Shown here piece by piece: positions 52,010-64,000 of a DNA stretch of 64,000 nucleotides (position 1 is its first letter; every line of letters starts with the position of its first letter). The notes beneath the pieces were generated by a model, which saw only the letters and a list, made by a program, of their open reading frames with translations, did no database searches and was not told the DNA's origin. Origin of the DNA: Octopus vulgaris (lineage: Eukaryota); assembly GCA_951406725.2 (NCBI GenBank), contig OX597828.1, forward strand, positions 58,900,001-58,964,000. The letters are read 5' to 3'. A program made the position numbers and the translations under genes.

Positions 52010-55000
52010 TTATTATTTTTTTTTATTTATCTAGTTTCAGCTCACAAGCTGTGGCCATGCTGGGGCACCGCCATTTGGTGTTGCTACATGATTTTACTTC
52101 ACGAGTGCTTTTTAGCAATTGCCATTTGGTGCATGAGAGAGTTCGATGCAGCTGCCCTCATCTGCACCTCCTGCCATGAAGTTGGTTCATCTGGGATACC
52201 TGACAAGAAGATATCCAGTTTCATTTTAAAGACATCTGCGTCCACCCCATGCATGTCTCTTAGGTTCTTCGGGAGGATATTGAAGAGCTGTGGGCCTCGG
52301 AAGCCCAGGCTATCACAGTATCTTGTCCTACATCTTGATGGCAAATTTGGAGTCCTTGGCACTATGCAGTGGCGCCCAGTTCTGGCATTTGTGTAACTCT
52401 CGATGCCAAAGTTTGGGACAAGTCCTTTTAGGATCTTCCAGATGTATATTATGGCATATCTTTCTTGCCTACGCTCTAAGGAATAGAGTCTCAATCTCTT
52501 GAGTCTTTCCCAATAGCTTATATGCTGCACAGAGGCTATCTTCTTCGTGTAGCTTTGTTGGATCGCTTCAAGTTCTGTGATTAACTTGACACTGGATGGT
52601 GACCATAGCTGAGAGCAATAGTCAAAGTGGCTTAGGACAAGTGTCCTCCAAAGGACAATCATGGTTTCCTGGTCTCTTGTTCTGAAGGTTCTAAGAATCC
52701 ATCCGGTCAGCCGCCTACATTTCATTGCCAATTTAGCAACATGCACATGAAAGGTTGCATCATCACTCATGTAAATACCCAGGTCTCGCACTGATTGTGC
52801 CTCTGGGATTGCAGTCCCTCCTGGTCCAGTGTATTTATTGGGTATTGCATTTAGTTTTGCGTGCTGATAGCATAGAGCTTGAAACTTTTCAGCATTGAAC
52901 TGCATGCTATTCTTTTCAGCCCACTTGTATATTTTGTCCAGCTCACATTGCAGGTGCTTAATGTCTTCAGGGTTCTGTATTGCCTGTGAAACTTTTGTAT
53001 CATCTGCATAACTTGTGATCGTGGCTCTCTGCGTGGCTGAGGGCATGTCTGAGAGGGCCATTATGAATAGTAGTGGTCCCAAAACAGTGCCTTGCGGAAC
53101 ACCGCACACTATTTGCGTATTAGTGGAAGTGGCCCCATTGGCTACTACAACCTGACTTCTATCCTTCAGAATGTCATGAAGCCATTCTCCCAATTTTCTA
53201 ACTATGCCAAGATCACGCAGTTTGTGACATAGCATTCCATGATCGACTTTATCAAAGGCCTTTGCAAAGTCGAGATATATGACTTCCACATTTGAGTGGT
53301 TGAGCAGTCGTTTCAGCACCCAGTCATAGTGTTGTAGGAGCTGAGTTAAGCACCTTCTTCCTGGTCGTAAACCATGTTGGGTGTCCGGCAGCAAGTCATT
53401 TTCTTCAAGGAAGGTGATTAGTTTCCTTCTGACCATTCGTTCCATGACCTTGCTGATGTGTGAGGTCAGACAGATAGGTCTGTAGTTCTTGGCCTCCGCT
53501 CTGCTACCTCCTTTATGAATAGGGCATATTTTACCTTCCTTCAGTTTTCTTGGAAGTTTGCCAGTTGCAAAGAAGCTCTGAAAGAGGAACTGCAATGGTC
53601 TTGCTAGGACTCTCACATACTTTTAGAAGGATTGCTGGGAGTCCATCTGGGCCAGTAGCTGAGTTTGTTTTCATTTCATCAATAGCCTTTATTACATCGT
53701 CCGCCTTTATATTGATGTAATCAATCATTGCTGCCTCCGATTTTATATCTGCAGTGGTAAAGAAGTCAGTTGGATAGCTGACTTGAAAATGCCCTAGGGG
53801 TGGCGTGAAAATACTCTTGAATTGCTCATTTAGTATTTCACTTACCCTCATTGGATTTCCTGTGAGTGTGCCATCCTTTTCAAGGAGTGGCCCTATCCTA
53901 CAGTGCACCGTAGCTGTTTCTTTGGCATACCTGTAGAAAGCTTTGGGGTTAGATTTTATGTTGTCTATAGCCCAGGCTTCTTTGTCTGCTCTTTCTTTTT
54001 CATGGGAGAGTTGCAGACATTTTACAATTTCCAACAGTTTTATTTTCAGGCGGGACTTTTCACTGCTTTCAATTTGTTTGTTTAAGCGATTTGAAACTTT
54101 TGTACGCCGTCTCATTAGAATTTTCCTCTCTCTGGGGATTTTTCTCTTGTGTACAGTGGCCTTTCTCTCTGGGACACATCTGTAGTATATGGCTTGCATT
54201 ACAGACATGAATTGTTGAAGTTTCATGTCGATGTCTGGCGAGGAGAGACATTCAGGCCAGTTTTGTTTGAGGATCTCTTTCTCAATTTGTTTCCAGTTTG
54301 CCTTATGGAAGTTCAAGCTGGAAAGATTCTGAGAGTTTCTTGTAGGCTGCATGTCCATGCTTTCCTTTGGCCCGTACATGGTCAGCTCTACCATGTTGTG
54401 ATCCGAGAGTAGTGTCGGTGTCACTTTCACATTATGGATAAGATCCATATTATTTGTGAAGCAGAGATCCAGTATGTTACCTGCCCTGGTTGGTTGGAGT
54501 ATTACTTGCTCCATGTACAGAGTGTTGATGAGGTTCAGGAGAGACCTCGCCTGTCCTCGTTCACATCGTGTCATTCCTGGGAGAAAGGCCCTCAGGCCAT
54601 CTGACATTGGGTAGATTGAAGTCTCCCATAAGAAGTACACTTATGTGTTGTTCTAATGTGACTAGAACTTCTATTTTTATAAGGCAGTCCTCAAACTTGC
54701 CTACATGGCTTGAGGCATCTGGAGGGCGATATGTAGCACATATAACTACACCGAATTTGAGTATGACAAAAGGACCTGGGGTGTGAGGTCCTCACGGATG
54801 TACATAGCAACTCCTCCATGGCTCCTTTCTTTTCTGTCGGTCCGTAGTATAACATACTGTGGTATGTGTATTTCCGCATCTGCTATGTCCAGTTTCAGGT
54901 GTGTTTCCGTAAGTGCTATGCATAAGGCTTGATTGCATGCAACAAAGTCTCTCAAGAACGGGATTTTTGTCCTGTTACTGAGTGTTAGCAGTCCTCTGAT

Positions 55001-55140
55001 GTTCAGTAGGAGCATCGAGATGAGGTTTATGCTGTTGCCGGCGGTGTCCACCTTGGGTCTATTTGCTGTGGCGGTCTTGTGTATTGTGGATAGTCCCATC
55101 TGCGAGTTTGAGTTTGATGGAGCCAGGTTAGCTGCTGTAA
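52010..55140 (-). mobile_element. CR1-group LINE, near complete ORF2 (APE + RT) with few frameshifts
   Basis: MLLLNIRGL, IALTETHL, HGGVAMY, PTRAGNILDLCF, SDHN, GPDG, NYRPICLTS, YLDFAKAFDKVDH, GVPQGTVLGPLLF, YADDTK, DYCSQLWSP; stop 52099-52101; A-rich tail. Confidence 0.95.
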
Positions 55141-55576
55141 AAATTTCAATTTCGGGTGGCATGTAAAAAATTTCAATTTCGGGTGGCATGTAAAAAGCAC
55201 CCACTACACTCACGGAGTGGTTGGCGTTAGAAAGGGCATCCAGCTGTAGAAACACTGCCAGATCAGACTGGAGCCTGGTGCAGCCTCCTGGCTTACCAGA
55301 CCCCAGTTGAACCATCCAACCCATGCTAGCATAGAAAGCAGACGCTAAACGATGATGATGATGATGATTATTGCTATAATTATATGATTATTTAGGTGAT
55401 ATAGGACATTAAAATGTTAAAGAGCATTCAGATTTTTAAAAAGTATGTAATTTAGAAAGGCAGGAAATGTAGCAGAGTTCATGACAGGAAATCAATTCCA
55501 AATACTTGCAGCTCTGTGGAGGAAAAACTAAGCAGATATTTGATGCTGTGTGTCGAAAATGAAAGATAGTAGAGAC

Positions 55577-55637
<61 letters not shown>

Positions 55638-56007
55638 GGGGAGAGGAGAGAAGGAGAGGTTATGTTAACCCTTTAGCCCCAAAATTTCCTACCTGTTTTA
55701 TGTTCAAACTGGCCAGATCAGCCCCTCATACCTACTCTACAATGTAATTCTAAAAAATAAAGTCACACCACCAAAATCCCAAAGCTATGAGACAATGCAT
55801 GATTGATTCAAAACAATGTGAATAAATAAGCATTACATTTGACAGGGTAATCTGACTTGTGAATATTTCATGGAATGAATGGTAAACTTATGGGGTTATT
55901 TCTGAAAGCTTTATCCAAAAAACCTGAAAGTGTAACCTGTGTTGTGTCTGTATCATAGAAGATTTGAATATAATGATTACTTCATGCACTTTATATATAC
56001 ACTTTAA

Positions 56008-56236
56008 GGCAGCGAGCTGGCAGAACCGTTAGCATGCCTGGCGAAATGCGTAGCCGTATTTCGTCTGCCATTACATTCTGAGTTCAAATTCCGCCGAGGT
56101 CGACTTTGCCTTTCATCCTTTCGGGGTCGATAAATTAAGTACCAGTTGTGCACTGGGGTTGATGTAATCGACTTAATCCCTTTGTCTGTCCTTATTTGTC
56201 CCCTCTATGTTTAGCCCCTTGTGGGTAATAAAGAAA
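56008..56236 (+). mobile_element. tRNA-derived SINE (same family as 10629)
   Basis: Colinear with 10629-10860. Confidence 0.85.
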
Positions 56237-56599
56237 CATATATATACACTTTATATACTTTATGCAGAATATTTTAGACTTAATGCACAGCACTTTCCCT
56301 CTTTCTCTCTCAATTTTCTCATCAGAACCAGTGATGTCATATGTTGTGACGTAATGACTGCTTAACCTAACTTTATCATAAAATAAAACTCGTAAACCTG
56401 GGGTCTTGTAAAGTGGGTCCTCATAAAGTGAGGTATTACTGTATTGCATCAACTTTGGAAATAAAGACTGGGCAGCATAATTGTTCTTGTTGAAGTAGCG
56501 TTTGAAACCTAATCAGGTGACAGGTACTTTTTTGGTTTTTTTCAAGAAATATTTCCTCAAATTTGACCCGATTGTAATTGAGGTTGCTGATAAAATATA

Positions 56600-56940
56600 C
56601 TCTTTTACTCGTTTCAGTCATTTGACTGTGACCATGCTGGAGCACCGCCTTTAGTCGAGCAAATCGACCCCCAGGACTTATTCTTTGTAAGCCTAGTACT
56701 TATTCTATCGGTCTCTTTTGCTGAACTGCTAAGTGACGGGGACGTAAACACACCAGCATCGGTTGTCAAGTGATGTTGGGGGGGAGGGGACAAACATAGA
56801 CACACATATATATATTATATATACATATATACGATGGGCTTCTTTCAGTTTCCATCTACCAAATCCACTCACAAAGCTTTGGTTGGCCCAAGGCTGCAGT
56901 AGAAGACACTTGCCCAAGGTGCCATGCAGTGGGACTGAAC
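56600..56940 (-). mobile_element. SINE copy continuous with the satellite
   Basis: Full 3' tail of the 11960 family; its 5' part runs directly into the first array unit. Confidence 0.85.
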
Positions 56941-59900
56941 AAAAGAGAATGACTCTCCCCAGACACAACAGAAATGTTTCAACACATGAACTCATATAAA
57001 GAATCTTGCAAACCAAATCCAAAAACGAAATATATATATATATATATACGACGGGCTTCTTTCAGTTTCCATCTACCAAATCCACTCACAAGGCTTTGGT
57101 TGGCCCAAGGCTGCAGTAGAAGACACTTGCCCAAGGTGCCACGCAGTGGGACTGAACAAAAGAGAATGACTCTCCCCAGACACAACAGAAATGTTTCAAC
57201 ACATGAACTCATATAAAGAATCTTGCAAACCAAATCCAAAAACGAAATATATATATATATATATAAGACGGGCTTCTTTCAGTTTCCATCTACCAAATCC
57301 ACTCACAAGGCTTTGGTTGGCCCAAGGCTGCAGTAGAAGACACTTGCCCAAGGTGCCATGCAGTGGGACTGAACAAAAGAGAATGACTCTCCCCAGACAC
57401 AACAGAAATGTTTCAACACATGAACTCATATAAAGAATCTTGCAAACCAAATCCAAAAACGAAATATATATATATATATATACGATGGGCTTCTTTCAGT
57501 TTCCATCTACCAAATCCACTCACAAGGCTTTGGTTGGCCCAAGGCTGCAGTAGAAGACACTTGCCCAAGGTGCCATGCAGTGGGACTGAACAAAAGAGAA
57601 TGACTCTCCCCAGACACAACAGAAATGTTTCAACACATGAACTCATATAAAGAATCTTGCAAACCAAATCCAAAAACGAAATATATATATATATATATAA
57701 GACGGGCTTCTTTCAGTTTCCATCTACCAAATCCACTCACAAGGCTTTGGTTGGCCCAAGGCTGCAGTAGAAGACACTTGCCCAAGGTGCCATGCAGTGG
57801 GACTGAACAAAAGAGAATGACTCTCCCCAGACACAACAGAAATGTTTCAACACATGAACTCATATAAAGAATCTTGCAAACCAAATCCAAAAACGAAATA
57901 TATATATATATATATAAGACGGGCTTCTTTCAGTTTCCATCTACCAAATCCACTCACAAGGCTTTGGTTGGCCCAAGGCTGCAGTAGAAGACACTTGCCC
58001 AAGGTGCCATGCAGTGGGACTGAACAAAAGAGAATGACTCTCCCCAGACACAACAGAAATGTTTCAACACATGAACTCATATAAAGAATCTTGCAAACCA
58101 AATCCAAAAACGAAATATATATATATATATATAAGACGGGCTTCTTTCAGTTTCCATCTACCAAATCCACTCACAAGGCTTTGGTTGGCCCAAGGCTGCA
58201 GTAGAAGACACTTGCCCAAGGTGCCATGCAGTGGGACTGAACAAAAGAGAATGACTCTCCCCAGACACAACAGAAATGTTTCAACACATGAACTGATATA
58301 AAGAATCTTGCAAACCAAATCCAAAAACGAAATATATATATATATATATAAGACGGGCTTCTTTCAGTTTCCGTCTACCAAATCCACTCACAAAGCTTTG
58401 GTTGGCCCAAGGCTGCAGTAGAAGACACTTGCCCAAGGTGCCATGCAGTGGGACTGAACAAAAGAGAATGACTCTCCCCAGACACAACAGAAATGTTTCA
58501 ACACATGAACTCATATAAAGAATCTTGCAAACCAAATCCAAAAACGAAATATATATATATATATATAAGATGGGCTTCTTTCAGTTTCCGTCTACCAAAT
58601 CCACTCACAAGGCTTTGGTTGGCCCAAGGCTGCAGTAGAAGACACTTGCCCAAGGTGCCATGCAGTGGGACTGAACAAAAGAGAATGACTCTCCCCAGAC
58701 ACAACAGAAATGTTTCAACACATGAACTCATATAAAGAATCTTGCAAACCAAATCCAAAAACGAAATATATATATATATATATACGATGGGCTTCTTTCA
58801 GTTTCCGTCTACCAAATCCACTCACAAAGGCTTTGGTTGGCCCAAGGCTGCAGTAGAAGACACTTGCCCAAGGTGCCATGCAGTGGGACTGAACAAAAGA
58901 GAATGACTCTCCCCAGACACAACAGAAATGTTTCAACACATGAACTCATATAAAGAATCTTGCAAACCAAATCCAAAAACGAAATATATATATATATATA
59001 TATACGATGGGCTTCTTTCAGTTTCCGTCTACCAAATCCACTCACAAAGCTTTGGTTGGCCCAAGGCTGCAGTAGAAGACACTTGCCCAAGGTGCCATGC
59101 AGTGGGACTGAACAAAAGAGAATGACTCTCCCCAGACACAACAGAAATGTTTCAACACATGAACTCATATAAAGAATCTTGCAAACCAAATCCAAAAACG
59201 AAATATATATATATATATATAAGACGGGCTTCTTTCAGTTTCCATCTACCAAATCCACTCACAAGGCTTTGGTTGGCCCAAGGCTGCAGTAGAAGACACT
59301 TGCCCAAGGTGCCATGCAGTGGGACTGAACAAAAGAGAATGACTCTCCCCAGACACAACAGAAATGTTTCAACACATGAACTCATATAAAGAATCTTGCA
59401 AACCAAATCCAAAAACGAAATATATATATATATATATATACGATGGGCTTCTTTCAGTTTCCGTCTACCAAATCCACTCACAAAGCTTTGGTTGGCCCAA
59501 GGCTGCAGTAGAAGACACTTGCCCAAGGTGCCATGCAGTGGGACTGAACAAAAGAGAATGACTCTCCCCAGACACAACAGAAATGTTTCAACACATGAAC
59601 TCATATAAAGAATCTTGCAAACCAAATCCAAAAACGAAATATATATATATATATATAAGACGGGCTTCTTTCAGTTTCCATCTACCAAATCCACTCACAA
59701 GGCTTTGGTTGGCCCAAGGCTGCAGTAGAAGACACTTGCCCAAGGTGCCATGCAGTGGGACTGAACAAAAGAGAATGACTCTCCCCAGACACAACAGAAA
59801 TGTTTCAACACATGAACTCATATAAAGAATCTTGCAAACCAAATCCAAAAACGAAATATATATATATATATATACGATGGGCTTCTTTCAGTTTCCATCT

Positions 59901-62900
59901 ACCAAATCCACTCACAAGGCTTTGGTTGGCCCAAGGCTGCAGTAGAAGACACTTGCCCAAGGTGCCATGCAGTGGGACTGAACAAAAGAGAATGACTCTC
60001 CCCAGACACAACAGAAATGTTTCAACACATGAACTCATATAAAGAATCTTGCAAACCAAATCCAAAAACGAAATATATATATATATATATACGATGGGCT
60101 TCTTTCAGTTTCCATCTACCAAATCCACTCACAAGGCTTTGGTTGGCCCAAGGCTGCAGTAGAAGACACTTGCCCAAGGTGCCATGCAGTGGGACTGAAC
60201 AAAAGAGAATGACTCTCCCCAGACACAACAGAAATGTTTCAACACATGAACTCATATAAAGAATCTTGCAAACCAAATCCAAAAACGAAATATATATATA
60301 TATATATAAGACGGGCTTCTTTCAGTTTCCGTCTACCAAATCCACTCACAAAGCTTTGGTTGGCCCAAGGCTGCAGTAGAAGACACTTGCCCAAGGTGCC
60401 ATGCAGTGGGACTGAACAAAAGAGAATGACTCTCCCCAGACACAACAGAAATGTTTCAACACATGAACTCATATAAAGAATCTTGCAAACCAAATCCAAA
60501 AACGAAATATATATATATATATATAAGACGGGCTTCTTTCAGTTTCCATCTACCAAATCCACTCACAAGGCTTTGGTTGGCCCAAGGCTGCAGTAGAAGA
60601 CACTTGCCCAAGGTGCCATGCAGTGGGACTGAACAAAAGAGAATGACTCTCCCCAGACACAACAGAAATGTTTCAACACATGAACTCATATAAAGAATCT
60701 TGCAAACCAAATCCAAAAACGAAATATATATATATATATATACGATGGGCTTCTTTCAGTTTCCGTCTACCAAATCCACTCACAAGCTTTGGTTGGCCCA
60801 AGGCTGCAGTAGAAGACACTTGCCCAAGGTGCCATGCAGTGGGACTGAACAAAAGAGAATGACTCTCCCCAGACACAACAGAAATGTTTCAACACATGAA
60901 CTCATATAAAGAATCTTGCAAACCAAATCCAAAAACGAAATATATATATATATATATACGATGGGCTTCTTTCAGTTTCCATCTACCAAATCCACTCACA
61001 AGGCTTTGGTTGGCCCAAGGCTGCAGTAGAAGACACTTGCCCAAGGTGCCATGCAGTGGGACTGAACAAAAGAGAATGACTCTCCCCAGACACAACAGAA
61101 ATGTTTCAACACATGAACTCATATAAAGAATCTTGCAAACCAAATCCAAAAACGAAATATATATATATATATATACGATGGGCTTCTTTCAGTTTCCGTC
61201 TACCAAATCCACTCACAAGGCTTTGGTTGGCCCAAGGCTGCAGTAGAAGACACTTGCCCAAGGTGCCATGCAGTGGGACTGAACAAAGAGAATGACTCTC
61301 CCCAGACACAACAGAAATGTTTCAACACATGAACTCATATAAAGAATCTTGCAAACCAAATCCAAAAACGAAATATATATATATATATATAAGACGATGG
61401 GCTTCTTTCAGTTTCCATCTACCAAATCCACTCACAAGGCTTTGGTTGGCCCAAGGCTGCAGTAGAAGACACTTGCCCAAGGTGCCATGCAGTGGGACTG
61501 AACAAAAGAGAATGACTCTCCCCAGACACAACAGAAATGTTTCAACACATGAACTCATATAAAGAATCTTGCAAACCAAATCCAAAAACGAAATATATAT
61601 ATATATATATATACGATGGGCTTCTTTCAGTTTCCGTCTACCAAATCCACTCACAAAGCTTTGGTTGGCCCAAGGCTGCAGTAGAAGACACTTGCCCAAG
61701 GTGCCATGCAGTGGGACTGAACAAAAGAGAATGACTCTCCCCAGACACAACAGAAATGTTTCAACACATGAACTCATATAAAGAATCTTGCAAACCAAAT
61801 CCAAAAACGAAATATATATATATATATATAAGACGGGCTTCTTTCAGTTTCCATCTACCAAATCCACTCACAAGGCTTTGGTTGGCCCAAGGCTGCAGTA
61901 GAAGACACTTGCCCAAGGTGCCATGCAGTGGGACTGAACAAAAGAGAATGACTCTCCCCAGACACAACAGAAATGTTTCAACACATGAACTCATATAAAG
62001 AATCTTGCAAACCAAATCCAAAAACGAAATATATATATATATATATATACGATGGGCTTCTTTCAGTTTCCGTCTACCAAATCCACTCACAAAGCTTTGG
62101 TTGGCCCAAGGCTGCAGTAGAAGACACTTGCCCAAGGTGCCATGCAGTGGGACTGAACAAAAGAGAATGACTCTCCCCAGACACAACAGAAATGTTTCAA
62201 CACATGAACTCATATAAAGAATCTTGCAAACCAAATCCAAAAACGAAATATATATATATATATATAAGACGGGCTTCTTTCAGTTTCCATCTACCAAATC
62301 CACTCACAAGGCTTTGGTTGGCCCAAGGCTGCAGTAGAAGACACTTGCCCAAGGTGCCATGCAGTGGGACTGAACAAAAGAGAATGACTCTCCCCAGACA
62401 CAACAGAAATGTTTCAACACATGAACTCATATAAAGAATCTTGCAAACCAAATCCAAAAACGAAATATATATATATATATATACGATGGGCTTCTTTCAG
62501 TTTCCATCTACCAAATCCACTCACAAGGCTTTGGTTGGCCCAAGGCTGCAGTAGAAGACACTTGCCCAAGGTGCCATGCAGTGGGACTGAACAAAAGAGA
62601 ATGACTCTCCCCAGACACAACAGAAATGTTTCAACACATGAACTCATATAAAGAATCTTGCAAACCAAATCCAAAAACGAAATATATATATATATATATA
62701 CGATGGGCTTCTTTCAGTTTCCATCTACCAAATCCACTCACAAGGCTTTGGTTGGCCCAAGGCTGCAGTAGAAGACACTTGCCCAAGGTGCCATGCAGTG
62801 GGACTGAACAAAGAGAATGACTCTCCCCAGACACAACAGAAATGTTTCAACACATGAACTCATATAAAGAATCTTGCAAACCAAATCCAAAAACGAAATA

Positions 62901-64000
62901 TATATATATATATATAAGACGGGCTTCTTTCAGTTTCCATCTACCAAATCCACTCACAAGGCTTTGGTTGGCCCAAGGCTGCAGTAGAAGACACTTGCCC
63001 AAGGTGCCATGCAGTGGGACTGAACAAAAGAGAATGACTCTCCCCAGACACAACAGAAATGTTTCAACACATGAACTCATATAAAGAATCTTGCAAACCA
63101 AATCCAAAAACGAAATATATATATATATATATAAGATGGGCTTCTTTCAGTTGGCTTCTTTCAGTTTCCATCTACCAAATCCACTCACAAGGCTTTGGTT
63201 GGCCCAAGGCTGCAGTAGAAGACACTTGCCCAAGGTGCCATGCAGTGGGACTGAACAAAAGAGAATGACTCTCCCCAGACACAACAGAAATGTTTCAACA
63301 CATGAACTCATATAAAGAATCTTGCAAACCAAATCCAAAAACGAAATATATATATATATATATAAGACGGGCTTCTTTCAGTTTCCATCTACCAAATCCA
63401 CTCACAAGGCTTTGGTTGGCCCAAGGCTGCAGTAGAAGACACTTGCCCAAGGTGCCATGCAGTGGGACTGAACAAAAGAGAATGACTCTCCCCAGACACA
63501 ACAGAAATGTTTCAACACATGAACTCATATAAAGAATCTTGCAAACCAAATCCAAAAACGAAATATATATATATATATATAAGACGATGGGCTTCTTTCA
63601 GTTTCCATCTACCAAATCCACTCACAAGGCTTTGGTTGGCCCAAGGCTGCAGTAGAAGACACTTGCCCAAGGTGCCATGCAGTGGGACTGAACAAAAAGA
63701 GAATGACTCTCCCCAGACACAACAGAAATGTTTCAACACATGAACTCATATAAAGAATCTTGCAAACCAAATCCAAAAACGAAATATATATATATATATA
63801 TACGATGGGCTTCTTTCAGTTTCCGTCTACCAAATCCACTCACAAGGCTTTGGTTGGCCCAAGGCTGCAGTAGAAGACACTTGCCCAAGGTGCCATGCAG
63901 TGGGACTGAACAAAAGAGAATGACTCTCCCCAGACACAACAGAAATGTTTCAACACATGAACTCATATAAAGAATCTTGCAAACCAAATCCAAAAACGAA
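56815..64000. repeat. 217-bp tandem satellite, about 33 units, runs off the window end
   Basis: ORF track periodicity of 217 (216-231 in variant units); unit = (TA)n + about 110 bp SINE 5' segment + about 90 bp unrelated segment. Confidence 0.97.

Noticed and set aside
56300-56330. CUGAUGA...GAAA on the minus strand
   Set aside because: No pairing stems I-III; chance match.
56192-56645. Possible coding exon
   Set aside because: No recognisable domain or consistent splice pair; contains a TA-cagtaatacctc transposon-like end and overlaps SINEs.
56815-64000. CRISPR-like array or tandem gene family (repeated 80/86-aa ORFs)
   Set aside because: Units are near-identical with no unique spacers; ORFs are translations of SINE and (TA)n sequence and break in several units.

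Overview
AT-rich, repeat-dense eukaryotic (animal) genomic DNA. The SINE, RTE-tail and microsatellite landscape looks cephalopod/octopus-like (inference only). Two host genes lie tail to tail. (1) The last two coding exons of a + strand ricin-B-lectin-domain gene, probably ppGalNAc-transferase-like (3501-3635, 10120-10257). (2) A four-coding-exon - strand gene (42306 to 23479, about 337 aa) encoding an N-terminally membrane-anchored HtrL/YibB-like protein, with one apparent +1 frameshift in an A7 run. The rest is mostly mobile DNA: mariner and maT/Tc1 copies, Helitrons, piggyBac- and hAT-type MITEs, L1/Tx1, CR1-group and RTE LINEs, several tRNA-derived SINE families and Penelope-like element (PLE) remnants. 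Several PLE-type repeats carry readable type I hammerhead ribozyme motifs of at least three sequence families, one joined to a tRNA-like Pol III head. The last 7.2 kb is a homogeneous 217-bp SINE-derived tandem array. All calls are from reading the sequence; no database searches were run.
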